Shown piece by piece: positions 37,075-48,212 of a stretch of DNA of 64,000 nt. The position numbers and the translations under genes are program-made. How positions within the stretch are numbered: the stretch's first letter is position 1; the number at the start of each line of letters is the position of its first letter. This DNA comes from a virus (lineage: Duplodnaviria; Heunggongvirae; Uroviricota; Caudoviricetes): IMG/VR virus record IMGVR_UViG_3300021255_002129; one strand, 5' to 3'. The notes under the pieces are model-generated. The model was not told the origin of the DNA and did not search any database. It worked only from the letters and a program-made list of their open reading frames with translations.

Positions 37075-37144
37075 GGGCGGAGATGCGGATTTGAACCGCA
37101 GACTCCCTGTGAAGAGGCGTTTTCCCACTAAACTATCTCCGCCC
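37075..37144 (-). ncRNA. tRNA-like RNA with UCA loop, 3-bp anticodon stem and 9-bp acceptor stem
   Basis: GGGCGGAGA/TCTCCGCCC; D stem GTTT/AAAC; CCT-CTTCACA-GGG; T arm TGCGG-TTCAAAT-CCGCA. Confidence 0.65.
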
Positions 37145-37423
37145 TCCATTAAATCTTTTTTGTGAATGAAACGAGTTATTCCTCACGCTACGCATACTTC
37201 TTTACCTTTTAATTCACCTTCGCTATCGTAGCAATTTTCTAGTTTGCGGCAACGCGTACTCTAGTTCTATGACTATTTAGCGGCTACGCATATTCTAGCT
37301 ACAGAGGCTCGCCTATCAATCTACAATAGCTTATAAATTGATAGCCAAGTCTTTGCAGACTTAATTAATTAAATAAGTTATATGACTTTGAAGAGTTCAG
37401 AAGCTCACTTACTCCTTTTTATT

Positions 37424-37717
37424 TTAATAATATTCAAATTTAATTGGAAAAGTATATAACTTTTCATCCTCTATTATTGATAAACAGTAGCAAGATAAAT
37501 CATATCCAGGGCTATCAAAGCCTCCTATATATGTAAGTGTATAATTTGTAAAATCATTATTTTTAAACAATTTATTTAATTCAGTTTCAAACTCTATTTC
37601 CTCTACTTCCTCATTTGTTTCTTCAATATATTTACAATTTAAATAGCTATCTTCTAACTGATAATTATCATCTTGTCTTTCCCACTCTTTTAAAAATTGT
37701 TCAATTTTTTCTTTCAT
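37424..37717 (-). CDS. Hypothetical protein
   Basis: AAGGTG RBS before MKEKIEQF; promoter upstream. Confidence 0.6.
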   Translation of the reverse strand: MKEKIEQFLKEWERQDDNYQLEDSYLNCKYIEETNEEVEEIEFETELNKLFKNNDFTNYTLTYIGGFDSPGYDLSCYCLSIIEDEKLYTFPIKFEYY

Positions 37718-37871
37718 ATTATTCACCTTTTCTTTTTCTATAATAATTATATCATTATTTTTATAAAAAATCAATTTAAAATTGCGGCAGCCGGTTAGAC
37801 GAGCTTGAGATCTCGATAATAGGAAGGAAGATCCGCTGCCGCATGCATTATATATCTCTTAATAGATTTAA

Positions 37872-39410
37872 TTATTCATCTAGATGTTCAAACCATTGTC
37901 CCATAATATATCGTTTATATGGTTCGTATGAAAATACACTTGATCCAGTTGCCCAATCATATCCTGTGGTAGTAGTACCTTCAGGTAATTTGTCTAAATC
38001 TATATGAACACTTTCCATAGCTGTTTTTGATTCATCTTCAAATTTTGTTTCTTCTGCTTCTGGATGATGTGTTTTATATAATGGACATCCTTCACAATGG
38101 TCGCCGCAATGAACGATATTATTTTCATATGGGTCAAATTTATTATCATCTTCAGCTTCATCTGCATTATCGCAAGTTTCATCATCATCTAATTCGCACA
38201 CTGGATGAGCTCTATTCCAATGAGGACAATCATCACAATCTTCATCTCTTTCACAGTAATCATCACAATAGTCGCACCATTGTCTATCGTCTTCTTTTTC
38301 ATAGAAGTTTTCTGCTATAAAACCTTCTCCATTATATTCATACCCTTCATATTCATCGTCCCAATCAGATCCAGGTAAATAATCTCCACATCCGCATGGG
38401 CATAAGATTTGTTCATTATATGGCTCCCACATCTCATCTTTAGCATTTTTAATTTTATATATTCTATAACTATCAAATTCTCCATATCCATAAGGTTGCT
38501 CTCTATTACAATTAGTATCCCAACCTTCATTTTTCTTCCAAGTAGCATTTTTATTTACTAAATCTTCAACAATTCTTCTTAAAGATTTTTCAAAATCATC
38601 ACTATATCTTTTACCCGGATATATTGCATTAAAATGAATTGCAGTTTGGTTTGGAGATATAGAAATCCACTCTCTCATTCTGTAATATCTAACGTTTTTA
38701 AATTCATAAGTGTTATATAATGAGAATTTACCTTCTCTATTCCATATATAAGTTATCAAAGAACTATCATCAAGTATTGCTGCCATACAACCATCTGCAT
38801 GAGAGCAGTCATTATCAACAGCAAGTCTATAGCAAGATTGCCAATTATATGGATTTTCACTTGCTAACATCATATCAACAGGGTCAATAGAAATAGTATA
38901 TATACCTTCTACCATTTCATTTTCCCAAATACGCCCTATTTTAGTAACTAATTCATCTGGTGCATCAAGATAGCTTTTAAAGAAATGAGTTAATGAACAA
39001 CTATCAAGGCGGCAACCAGGAAATACATCACTAACTATTTCTCGAATATCCCAACTTACATCTCTTATACTAATTTTATTACTTTCAACATATTTAAAAC
39101 CATCAAGCCATAAAGCGTATGCAGGAAAGTCCTTTTCTAAAGCTTTAATTTCTGTTTCTTGGTCTTTATTTTCATCTTGGTATTGAATTTTATTATCTAC
39201 TTTTAATTTATTGCCAAGTAATTGATAAAATCTATACTTATTTTTAGCCCAAGTTAAAAGATATGTTTTAATTACTTCATCACTTACTTTTGAAATGTGC
39301 AAACCACTAAATTGTGCCACACATTTAGTAAAATCTGGAATACTAACCTCTTTTAACATAAGTCTATATTGTTCATCTGCAGCCGCTAATAAATCTTTCT
39401 TAATTAACAT
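37872..39410 (-). CDS. Hypothetical phage protein with Cys-rich C-terminus (512 aa)
   Basis: ISIDPVDMMLASENPYNWQSCY motif; multiple CxxC. Confidence 0.75.
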   Translation of the reverse strand: MLIKKDLLAAADEQYRLMLKEVSIPDFTKCVAQFSGLHISKVSDEVIKTYLLTWAKNKYRFYQLLGNKLKVDNKIQYQDENKDQETEIKALEKDFPAYALWLDGFKYVESNKISIRDVSWDIREIVSDVFPGCRLDSCSLTHFFKSYLDAPDELVTKIGRIWENEMVEGIYTISIDPVDMMLASENPYNWQSCYRLAVDNDCSHADGCMAAILDDSSLITYIWNREGKFSLYNTYEFKNVRYYRMREWISISPNQTAIHFNAIYPGKRYSDDFEKSLRRIVEDLVNKNATWKKNEGWDTNCNREQPYGYGEFDSYRIYKIKNAKDEMWEPYNEQILCPCGCGDYLPGSDWDDEYEGYEYNGEGFIAENFYEKEDDRQWCDYCDDYCERDEDCDDCPHWNRAHPVCELDDDETCDNADEAEDDNKFDPYENNIVHCGDHCEGCPLYKTHHPEAEETKFEDESKTAMESVHIDLDKLPEGTTTTGYDWATGSSVFSYEPYKRYIMGQWFEHLDE

Positions 39411-39434
39411 AATAATTCACTCCCTTCCAATAAA

Positions 39435-39893
39435 TTAGTTATGTAACCAATCATATTTTTGCATTAAATCTAAATGAGATAAGGCATAGTCAATACCCCA
39501 TTCGGTTGCGTTTTGCTCCAACGGTATTCTAAAATACATATCGCAATATTCTTCTAATCTTTCATCGCTTAACTCTTCTTCATCATCATATTGCATTTTT
39601 AATATTGCATATTTCATATCTTTATCATCTTCATCTTCTTCTGTGTATGTTTCGATATGTCCTATTTCATGAAGCAATGATAATAAAAATGGATTAACTT
39701 TGCTACATTCTGAATTTAATTGATTAACAAAGTTTGCAAAATATCTATCAGTTCTTTTATCGTAGCTTTCTCCAACATATATTGTTTCTTCGTCTATATC
39801 ACATTCTAAATCATATTTTTGAAACTTTACTGCATAATCAGGATTAACCTCTTTAATAAACTTATAAATACCTAACTTCATTTCCTTATTCAT
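39435..39893 (-). CDS. HEXXH metallopeptidase-like protein
   Basis: LLHEIGH...PLEQNA. Confidence 0.65.
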   Translation of the reverse strand: MNKEMKLGIYKFIKEVNPDYAVKFQKYDLECDIDEETIYVGESYDKRTDRYFANFVNQLNSECSKVNPFLLSLLHEIGHIETYTEEDEDDKDMKYAILKMQYDDEEELSDERLEEYCDMYFRIPLEQNATEWGIDYALSHLDLMQKYDWLHN

Positions 39894-39965
39894 ATTATCA
39901 TTTCCTTTCTTAATTTTTATTACATATATATTATAATATATTTTTATAAAAAAATCAAATGACTA

Positions 39966-40763
39966 TTAGTCATCTGATTCTGGATATACTAACCTATTTA
40001 TATAATCTCTATTTTCAGTAAATATAGGTGTTAACTCATCTATAAACCATTTACCTTCATTATCTTTAATTGCGGCGATCCCGCGTTTTTCATTTGTTTT
40101 ATAATCATTCCAATTGACATTTTTTTCAGTAAGCATTTTGTTTTGTAATTCTTTTGTCCCAACCCCTTGCAATTCTTTATGAGAATATAATGATTGAGCA
40201 ACAGATAAAATACTATTTCTAGTTGCATCTTGTTGACGCCATATTAAATTATTTATTACTTCATGAATTGGAATATTAAATGCCCTTGCATCAAAATTTG
40301 CTTTCCATTTTTTATCAATTAGTAAATGCATTTTTTCTAAACATTTTTCTTGTTTAAATAATTGGTCATTCCAATAATATTTTTGAGCATCAACTTCCAA
40401 CTCATCAATTTCTTCATGTAGCGCTTTTTCGAATGCGGAAGTTGCAATGCTTGCAGCAACAGAACACATTTTTTGAACTTGATTATCAAACCATGCCATG
40501 CTTTCTATTCTTTGATAATCTACTAATACAAGAGTAATCTCATCAGATTGAGTATAACCTAATACACACCCCTGAGTTTGTTTACAAAGTGCTAACATTG
40601 TTTTTTGCATTATATGCATCAAATTTCTATCAAAAGGTCGATCTAATCCTCTTGTCCAAGTATGAAATGCTTTTCCATCCAAACGAATAATTACAGGAAC
40701 TTTACGAAGCAATCTTGTGCGGGATTGCATTTCATATTCTTTCATTCTTTCTCCAAGTGTCAT
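39966..40763 (-). CDS. thg1: tRNA(His) guanylyltransferase Thg1-like protein
   Basis: IRLDGKAFH, YTQSDEI, FDARAF, WRQQDATRNSI, KRG motifs. Confidence 0.92.
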   Translation of the reverse strand: MTLGERMKEYEMQSRTRLLRKVPVIIRLDGKAFHTWTRGLDRPFDRNLMHIMQKTMLALCKQTQGCVLGYTQSDEITLVLVDYQRIESMAWFDNQVQKMCSVAASIATSAFEKALHEEIDELEVDAQKYYWNDQLFKQEKCLEKMHLLIDKKWKANFDARAFNIPIHEVINNLIWRQQDATRNSILSVAQSLYSHKELQGVGTKELQNKMLTEKNVNWNDYKTNEKRGIAAIKDNEGKWFIDELTPIFTENRDYINRLVYPESDD

Positions 40764-40775
40764 TATTATCACTCC

Positions 40776-41009
40776 TTATTTATTAGTTTCAATAAAATCA
40801 TCATTATTAATTGCTTTTCTTATATATCTCATAAAGTAAATTGCTTTGTCTTCCTTCATAAATGTTGCGTTTCCTACTTCATTAATATCATTAAAAGGGA
40901 CTGGAAATTGATATGTCTTTTCTAAATAATTAATTCCATAATATAATTTACCTTCTCTTGCATATAAGAAAAATACTTTATTATCTTTTATAATATCTTT
41001 TAAATCCAT
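40776..41009 (-). CDS. Small conserved-looking hypothetical protein
   Basis: FPVP...GNATF...KAIYFMRYIRKA; GGAGG RBS. Confidence 0.7.
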   Translation of the reverse strand: MDLKDIIKDNKVFFLYAREGKLYYGINYLEKTYQFPVPFNDINEVGNATFMKEDKAIYFMRYIRKAINNDDFIETNK

Positions 41010-41454
41010 ACTACACCTCCTAATTTACTTTTTTGATTTTCTTCTTTAATCTATTTAATTCTCTTTTTATATTCTTATTATCTTTTTCTAATTTATTTAT
41101 TTGCATTTGCATAAATTTACATATTTCTATTAATATATCATCTGTTTTACTAAGTCCAGAAGTAGATAAACATATTAATTCATTAATATTTTTTCAATCT
41201 TCGTGTTTTAACATATCTTCCTCACTCCTTTATTTTTCACATATCTTTAATAATAAAATAATTATTAATAACTGATTAGCCAAAACACATATAATTAAAT
41301 CATTGTTTATTATAGCAGAAATATATAATATTATTATTGCTATCCAACATAATATATTTATTGTTTTATCTTTTACTAACATACTATATTTATACCTCAT
41401 TTTCTAATTTATACTCGTCATTCAACATTTGATTAAAAGTAACAATCGGATACA

Positions 41455-41778
41455 TTAATTGCCACCACTAAATGGACTTATTCCATAAAAAGAGTTAAAT
41501 CCAAATGGTATTCTGCCATAACCCTTAACGTTCAAAGATTTCATTAATTCAGCTTCTTGCCGTTTTCGTGATATATTTAATTCAGTTTCTATACTTTGTT
41601 TTATTAAACCGTCATAAAAGTCATATAAAATATGGCATTCGCTAATTCGTTTATTTATTTTTTCTGGAACATTTTTACCACTTTTTTCATATCCTTCTTT
41701 TCTCTTGATTAATTTTTTACCCTCTTTAAAATACTCATTACATTTGTCTTCAAGCCACTTCATATCTTTTTCGTCCAT
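41455..41778 (-). CDS. Hypothetical protein
   Basis: ORF with GGAGG RBS in an operon. Confidence 0.55.
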   Translation of the reverse strand: MDEKDMKWLEDKCNEYFKEGKKLIKRKEGYEKSGKNVPEKINKRISECHILYDFYDGLIKQSIETELNISRKRQEAELMKSLNVKGYGRIPFGFNSFYGISPFSGGN

Positions 41779-41788
41779 CTACATCCTC

Positions 41789-42040
41789 CTATCCATTTAC
41801 ACTATATAAAATACCATTTGTTGTTACTAACACTTTTGTACCTTGTTTTTCGGTTTTAATTTTAAAAAATTCGTCAATATTTATATTTAATAAATTGTTA
41901 TATAATAATTCATAATATTCAACGAACCAATTAATACCCAATTTATGTATTTTCAAAAATTGTTCTTCATCATTCCATTCAAAATCAAATTGATGTTTTT
42001 TAAGATATTTTTCTATTTTAGTTTTCTTTTCTTCGCTCAT
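41789..42040 (-). CDS. Hypothetical protein
   Basis: Coupled ORF. Confidence 0.55.
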   Translation of the reverse strand: MSEEKKTKIEKYLKKHQFDFEWNDEEQFLKIHKLGINWFVEYYELLYNNLLNINIDEFFKIKTEKQGTKVLVTTNGILYSVNG

Positions 42041-42291
42041 TACTTTTTACTTCTTTCTTTATAACTTTTAGCAAAATCATCATTACCTAATGCTATGCCA
42101 ATCACAATAACTAGTCCGACAAATATCCACCTAAAAATAGGTATTAAACATGGTAATAATCTATTAAAATTTCGTACCAATATGTTGTGGTGTTTAGGAT
42201 TTAGTTTTAACCAGTTTTCTTTTGTTATAAACATGGCTGCATTTAGCGAAATAAAACTTATTATTGTTTTAAATATATAATTTTTTATCAT
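42040..42291 (-). CDS. Small membrane protein
   Basis: Hydrophobic segments; GGAGG RBS before MIKNYIF. Confidence 0.5.
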   Translation of the reverse strand: MIKNYIFKTIISFISLNAAMFITKENWLKLNPKHHNILVRNFNRLLPCLIPIFRWIFVGLVIVIGIALGNDDFAKSYKERSKK

Positions 42292-42462
42292 TATATTTAC
42301 CTCCAATATTTCTTTAATTATTAATTTTACTTCTGTCTTTAATATTTTTATTTTCATTATTAATTTCTTTTTCACCAAATAGTGCTAATCATAATATTTT
42401 TAATATCCAAGATTCATCATCTTTATTTATATTCATTATCTACTATCCTCCTAGTGTATTTA

Positions 42463-43167
42463 TTATAATTCTATAAAATCATTTAATAAACAAGTATATT
42501 TATCATCAAGTTGCTTATCAACATGATAATGACCAAAAAACCATTTGTCAAAATCTATATTTGCGGCAAGTTTATCTAACATTAATTCAGAAGTATGGTC
42601 TACTGTTCTTTGGTCGACTCCTGTCAATGTAATTAAATAAACTATATATTTATTAAATACACTATATGGGCAACAATGAGTTATTATATAATCAACTTTT
42701 TTTATATCTTTTTTATGTTCTAAACATTTATTTATATCTTCTTGAGTGATAGCTTCATCAGCCCACCAACTTATATGCGGAGTTCTATGAAATTTATCTA
42801 TACTATCAGCACCGCCGCAACATAATATAGACCTTACCCCAGCATCAGTTTGAATAAATAAACCTGTACCTCTTGGCATATAGTGAATATGTGGACTTAT
42901 ATTTACTATTCCATATTCATCAGGTTCATATGGTTTTAATACATCAAAATTTTCATGATTACCATCTATAAACCAGATATGAAAATCATAATTATCTTCA
43001 TGAAATTGAATAGTTTGTTTTAAATCTCTTTTATCTTTACGCCAACATATACCAGCATCACCCGCAATAAATATATTAATTTCAAAATCATTAAAATTCA
43101 TTCTATCTATCCAATTGTATATACGGTCTAAATCTCCGTGAGTATCGCCTGTAATGAACCATCTCAT
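42463..43167 (-). CDS. Calcineurin-like metallophosphoesterase
   Basis: GDTHG, GD, DGNHE, THC and GHYH motifs. Confidence 0.9.
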   Translation of the reverse strand: MRWFITGDTHGDLDRIYNWIDRMNFNDFEINIFIAGDAGICWRKDKRDLKQTIQFHEDNYDFHIWFIDGNHENFDVLKPYEPDEYGIVNISPHIHYMPRGTGLFIQTDAGVRSILCCGGADSIDKFHRTPHISWWADEAITQEDINKCLEHKKDIKKVDYIITHCCPYSVFNKYIVYLITLTGVDQRTVDHTSELMLDKLAANIDFDKWFFGHYHVDKQLDDKYTCLLNDFIEL

Positions 43168-43495
43168 ATTATCACTCCTTTCTTAACTATTTCATTAATG
43201 AATAAAACATATTCATAATAAGTATTGATATATTCATTTTAATAACATACCTAAAACATTGATTATCATTTCTTTTTATTGCTATAATAGATTTAATTAT
43301 ATATATTACACTTATTATAGCACTAATCAACCAACATATCCTATACATTTTATAACACCTTCCCTTTCATTTTCTATAATAATTATATCATTATTTTTAT
43401 AAAAAATCAATAAAAAAATAGGCGGTTGCCGCCTATTTAATGAACATGCGGAAGCGCGGGTATATCCCGTTTAACCGATCTCCCACAATCTTACA

Positions 43496-44215
43496 TTAGC
43501 ATACTAAATATTTGTCTCCTAATATCATATCTAACGTAATATTATCACGTTCTCAGTAAGGAATACGAACTAAAGGTATATTATTTTCTTTTGCTCATTC
43601 ATTTTTTTCTTTATCCCTTTGCTGTATCCTTTCTAATGATTCAGAGCTATTTCATAACCCTTTTAAATCATTATAATGTTGTTCTCCATCAAATTCTATT
43701 AATCTAATTATAGTATTTTTTGTTAAAAGAGCAAAATCATATCTTTTCAATTTTAATTCTGAATTTGTATATTGAGATATATAAGTAATATTATTTTCTT
43801 TTAATACTTTTTCTATATTTTCTTCTCCAATAGAATAATTAGTACAACCGCAAGAACTAGTATTCCCTGTTGTTAATGAATTAGAACGTACCTCAATAAT
43901 ATTTCCACAGTCACATTGGCATTTCCAAACTATACAAGTTCCACTTCTTTTTTCTGTCGGTTCTAAAGCTATTAATTTTCCAAATCTCATATTTGTTAAA
44001 TCTTTTTTTGATAATGTTGAAATTTGTTCATAATTAAAACATCCACAAGAATGATGCTGTTGTTTACGTTTTAAAACATTAGAACTTCTTTCACATATAT
44101 TACCACAATCACATTGACATTTCCAAACTATTGAACCACAAGAACGTTTATCAGTTTTTTCTAAAACAGTTAATCTATCAAATCTTTGTCCAATTAAATT
44201 TAAAGCTTTTGCCAT
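43496..44215 (-). CDS. Homing-type endonuclease: two CxC/CxxC repeats plus a Vsr/PD-(D/E)XK domain (239 aa, code 4)
   Basis: WKCQCDCG twice, YDF..LIEFDGEQH; continues through three TGA (LVRIPY-W) to TAA. Confidence 0.8.
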
Positions 44216-44286
44216 TTATATCACCTCTGTTTATATATAAAAAATTCGTAAGGAGTTTTTATTACTTTCGTCCTCACGAATTAATT

Positions 44287-45801
44287 TTATTTAACTAAAG
44301 AATATCTTTCGCTATTTAACTTGTCTAACATAAGTTGAATTCCACTTTTACCAGTTATAACAGTTTGGAAAATTACGGGTGAACATCCTGATACAAAAGT
44401 TACATCTTTATTGTCTGGGTCATCTAAAATGTTGTTATGGCGAGCACTACAATTCCAGTATACTAATTTTGGCATTTTTACTCCTACCATTGCCCATTGA
44501 TTTCTAATAGCTTCCATTTCAGTGTTTCTTCTATGAGCATCTCTCCAATAAGATCCGCGATCAATTTCCATATCTGAAATTACAACAAGTTGTTCTGGCA
44601 TATCTTCAGGTTTAACCTTACCGCTTGTATACATATTAAGTAACATATCAAATACCGCTTTTAAGTCTGTATTTTCACAAAGGTTTTGTTGATATATTCT
44701 TTTAACTTTATCACAAAAGTCTATTCCTTCAACTTCAATTAATTGAGGTCTACTTGAGAAACTAATGAAATAATTTTTAAAAGGTTCTCCAATTCTTTCT
44801 GCACAATACATACCAAGTGAAATTGCTACATCAATAGGTTTAACACTTGTGCCATATGAACTATCCATTGAACCAGATGTATCTACTACACACATCATTT
44901 TACAAGGTTTACCTTCTAAATAATCTTTTTGATTAGCCCAATATTTATTAAGAACTTCTCTTTCTATTTCTTCTAAATCTGTATGTCCCCAATAATCAAG
45001 AGTGTCGGTAACCTTTTTAACAATTTCATATGGATAAAGTGTTGCCGCATTTACTTTAGTTTCTTTACTATTAATAAATGCCTCGTATTTATCTTTAATT
45101 AAGTCATTATGAGCAAACGCATTTCTATAAATTAAACCTGCTTTACTTGGTAGTTTTGCAAATTCAATTTCTTCCCATCTGCCTTCTGACATAAGTTTTT
45201 CTACAATATTAATTCTTGTACGCAAAGCTGATAAAATTTTACGATATTTTTTATGAGAATATCCAAGAGCAATTCTGGTTTGATTAGCTAAATATTTTGT
45301 ATCTTTTGCAGAAGCATTTTCTGATTTTAGCCACTTACCAAGTAAAGATACGCCCTCTTTTTCTCCTTCTTTTAATGACATTAAATCTTTATTTAATTGA
45401 CATTGAATTACATCAAAAGCATCTGTTCTTAATTCAGTTCCTTCTACGCAGTATAGGTCATCCCATCTACCATATTCAGGAATATTGTCTAAGTTTCTAA
45501 ATGCTAATTCTGGATAATTTTTTGCTAACCATTTAAAGCACACACGGAAAAATCTTCTCTCTCCTTGTCCGCCTCTTATATCACGAAGATAGAATAAACA
45601 TTTTAAAGCAAGTTCTTCATTTTCTTCAAGAGCCTTCTTAAAAAGTAATATACAATCTTCATCACTGCGGCTACGGTATGCTCCACCAAGTGCGAACATA
45701 TCATACACTGCATCTAGAGTTGACTTATGAGTAATTCCGCCATTTTCAGTTTCTGTATAATTCATATCTCTTTTCATACTATCTAAAAAAGTATTTTCCA
45801 T
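44287..45801 (-). CDS. DUF2828-family protein (TROVE/Ro60-like helical region plus vWA domain)
   Basis: TENG, RDIRGGQGER, YGRWDD, KWLKSE, DTSGSM (MIDAS), ISDME, YWN motifs. Confidence 0.85.
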   Translation of the reverse strand: MENTFLDSMKRDMNYTETENGGITHKSTLDAVYDMFALGGAYRSRSDEDCILLFKKALEENEELALKCLFYLRDIRGGQGERRFFRVCFKWLAKNYPELAFRNLDNIPEYGRWDDLYCVEGTELRTDAFDVIQCQLNKDLMSLKEGEKEGVSLLGKWLKSENASAKDTKYLANQTRIALGYSHKKYRKILSALRTRINIVEKLMSEGRWEEIEFAKLPSKAGLIYRNAFAHNDLIKDKYEAFINSKETKVNAATLYPYEIVKKVTDTLDYWGHTDLEEIEREVLNKYWANQKDYLEGKPCKMMCVVDTSGSMDSSYGTSVKPIDVAISLGMYCAERIGEPFKNYFISFSSRPQLIEVEGIDFCDKVKRIYQQNLCENTDLKAVFDMLLNMYTSGKVKPEDMPEQLVVISDMEIDRGSYWRDAHRRNTEMEAIRNQWAMVGVKMPKLVYWNCSARHNNILDDPDNKDVTFVSGCSPVIFQTVITGKSGIQLMLDKLNSERYSLVK

Positions 45802-45946
45802 ATTTCATTTCCTCCTTAATCTTTTTCAAGATTTTTATTTTATATATATATTATATCATTATTTTTTAAAGTAGTCAATTCGGACGAATTTAATTAAGAT
45901 GTTTTTCCTTATTTTTATATAGATTTAGAAAAGGAGGATGTATATT

Positions 45947-46126
45947 ATGTATATAGTTAAACAAGGTGGAAGGGTAGATTATAATTATAAAGAATATTAT
46001 TTAGATACATTAGATGAATTGTCTACAATTCCAGTATATGAATGCGCTACAGGAAGTGTAGCTTATATAATTGCAACACAACAAGTGTTTATTTTAAATA
46101 GTAAAAAAGAATGAAAGGAGCAATAA
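45947..46126 (+). CDS. Small virion-type protein (59 aa, code 4)
   Basis: AAGGAGG RBS; C-terminus NSKKE-W(TGA)-KEQ-TAA. Confidence 0.6.
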
Positions 46127-46129
46127 GAT

Positions 46130-46504
46130 ATGGATATTATAACATTAGCATTAGCAAAAAAATTTGCTACTAAAGTTGCCGCAGGTTTTAGTAGTGTTGA
46201 AGTTGATGGAATGGACATTATCTTTACACTTAATGATGGTTCTCAAGTAACTTTAACAGTTCCAGAACCTAAAGATGGAGTTTCAGTAACAGATTTAGAT
46301 ATAGATAATAATAAAAACTTAATTTGTACATTATCTGACGGCTCTACTGTAAATGCCGGAGAGCTCCCAATGGCAATTCCAGAAAAAGGTGTAGATTATT
46401 GGACAGAAGAAGATAAACAAGAAATTAAAACATATGTAGATAATTTAATTGGTGATGTTGATACAATACTTGATAACATTAATGGTGAAATTATAGGAGG
46501 TTAA
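46130..46504 (+). CDS. Tail-fibre/baseplate-associated protein
   Basis: MDIITLALAK, PKDGVSVT..LICTLSDG and PEKGVDYWTEEDK motifs seen in phage fibre proteins. Confidence 0.6.
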   Translation: MDIITLALAKKFATKVAAGFSSVEVDGMDIIFTLNDGSQVTLTVPEPKDGVSVTDLDIDNNKNLICTLSDGSTVNAGELPMAIPEKGVDYWTEEDKQEIKTYVDNLIGDVDTILDNINGEIIGG

Positions 46505-46508
46505 GAAT

Positions 46509-48212
46509 ATGGCTATAAGTGATAAATTAAATTATTTAATAGAAACAAAAGATTTATTCAAAGACCGACTTAATTCGCTAGGGGCAGAGATAATTGAAAG
46601 TACAACTTTTAGGAACTATTTGAACTGGCTTGATACATTTTATGGAGAAGCCAGTGATAAGACTGATTTAAGTGTAAATGGTGTGATTGGTAGAACAAGT
46701 CAAGAACGTACAACAGGGAAGAATGTGTTTAAAAAAGCTAATGATTTATATAATAATATGAGGGACACTGGACAATTTACTTTAACTGATATGGGAAATA
46801 ATATTTTAAAAGCAACTAAAAATGTAACTGGGACAACCTCACCAAGATTTTATATTACTGATAGTATAGTTAGTTCAACAACTTATTATGTTTCATTAGA
46901 CGTACTAGGAAATTGTAATTCTTTAATAGTTGGTATATGGATTGATGAAATGGGACAAACTGATTTGGTAACAATAACTCCAACAAGCAATTATCAAAAA
47001 ATAAGTTTTTCATTCACTTCCAACGGAAATGTTGCAAGAATATATTTTAGAAATACTAATGAAAACATAGAAGTAGGACAATATTTTCAAATAAAAAATG
47101 TAATGATTTCAACAAGTAATGACACAACATACGAACCCTACACAGGCGGGCAACCATCGCCATCTCCCGACTACACACAAGAAATTAATAATCTAAGCGG
47201 AAATGCTAGTTACAAGGTTAGTGGAAAGAATTTGTTTGATAAGAACAATTATATAGAATTAAATGGTACTCCTAATTTTTCTAGCACAAGTACATCTGGC
47301 ACATTCACTGGAGGTGGGGCTAATTATAATATAGTAATTCCTTGCCAACCTAATACAACATACACTATACAAAAAAGAAATGATGGAAATACCAATAGAT
47401 TTGCTTTTTGCTGTAGCGAAACAATTCCGTCTGATGTAGAAAGTGTAAACACTCCAATATTAAATGGGACTAGAAAAGACACCGCCTCAGAAATAACAAT
47501 AACAACTGCCCCTACAGCAAAATATTTGATTGCACATTATTATAGAAATGTTGAAACAGCATTAACAAAACAACAAATATTAGATAGTATCCAAATAGAA
47601 AAAAATTCAACTTCCACCCCATATGAATCACACATATCAGAAAGTTTTCCTTTAAGTTTGGGAGATATAGAACTATGCAACATCTCAGATTACAAAGATA
47701 AAATCTATTCTCAAAATGGAAAGTTTTATTTGGAGAAAAAGACTGGTAAGGTTGTTTTGGATGGTAGTGAAAATGTTTCAAGAGTATTGACAAATATTAG
47801 TGGAAATTATAGATTTTCAATAACTGGTCCAACCGATATGAAAAAAAATGTTAATGTTGCACTAATTCCTGCAGGATTAGTTATTTCAAATAAATTTGTT
47901 GAGATTTCAAATAGTGATAGTTATAACGTAGATTCAATTAATGGTATTTTAGTAAGAATGAATAATACAAATAACTTTATAATAAATTGTATAGAAACAC
48001 AAACATATACAGTAGAACAATTTAAAGAATGGTTATCAACACACAACACCAAAATACAATACGTCCTAACCACCCCAACAACCACAGAAATAACACAAGA
48101 AAACTACCCAACATTGTATTCTCAATTACTTGCTATTCAGGAGTTCTTAACTAAATACAAAATCAACAAAGAATTTTTACTAGACTATTCTAGTCCAGAG
48201 ATTAAATATTAA
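46509..48212 (+). CDS. Receptor-binding/fibre-like protein with carbohydrate-binding-like beta domains
   Basis: TTGKN, YEPYTGGQPSPSPDY, GKNLFD, FKEWLSTH motifs; Thr/Asn-rich. Confidence 0.65.
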   Translation: MAISDKLNYLIETKDLFKDRLNSLGAEIIESTTFRNYLNWLDTFYGEASDKTDLSVNGVIGRTSQERTTGKNVFKKANDLYNNMRDTGQFTLTDMGNNILKATKNVTGTTSPRFYITDSIVSSTTYYVSLDVLGNCNSLIVGIWIDEMGQTDLVTITPTSNYQKISFSFTSNGNVARIYFRNTNENIEVGQYFQIKNVMISTSNDTTYEPYTGGQPSPSPDYTQEINNLSGNASYKVSGKNLFDKNNYIELNGTPNFSSTSTSGTFTGGGANYNIVIPCQPNTTYTIQKRNDGNTNRFAFCCSETIPSDVESVNTPILNGTRKDTASEITITTAPTAKYLIAHYYRNVETALTKQQILDSIQIEKNSTSTPYESHISESFPLSLGDIELCNISDYKDKIYSQNGKFYLEKKTGKVVLDGSENVSRVLTNISGNYRFSITGPTDMKKNVNVALIPAGLVISNKFVEISNSDSYNVDSINGILVRMNNTNNFIINCIETQTYTVEQFKEWLSTHNTKIQYVLTTPTTTEITQENYPTLYSQLLAIQEFLTKYKINKEFLLDYSSPEIKY

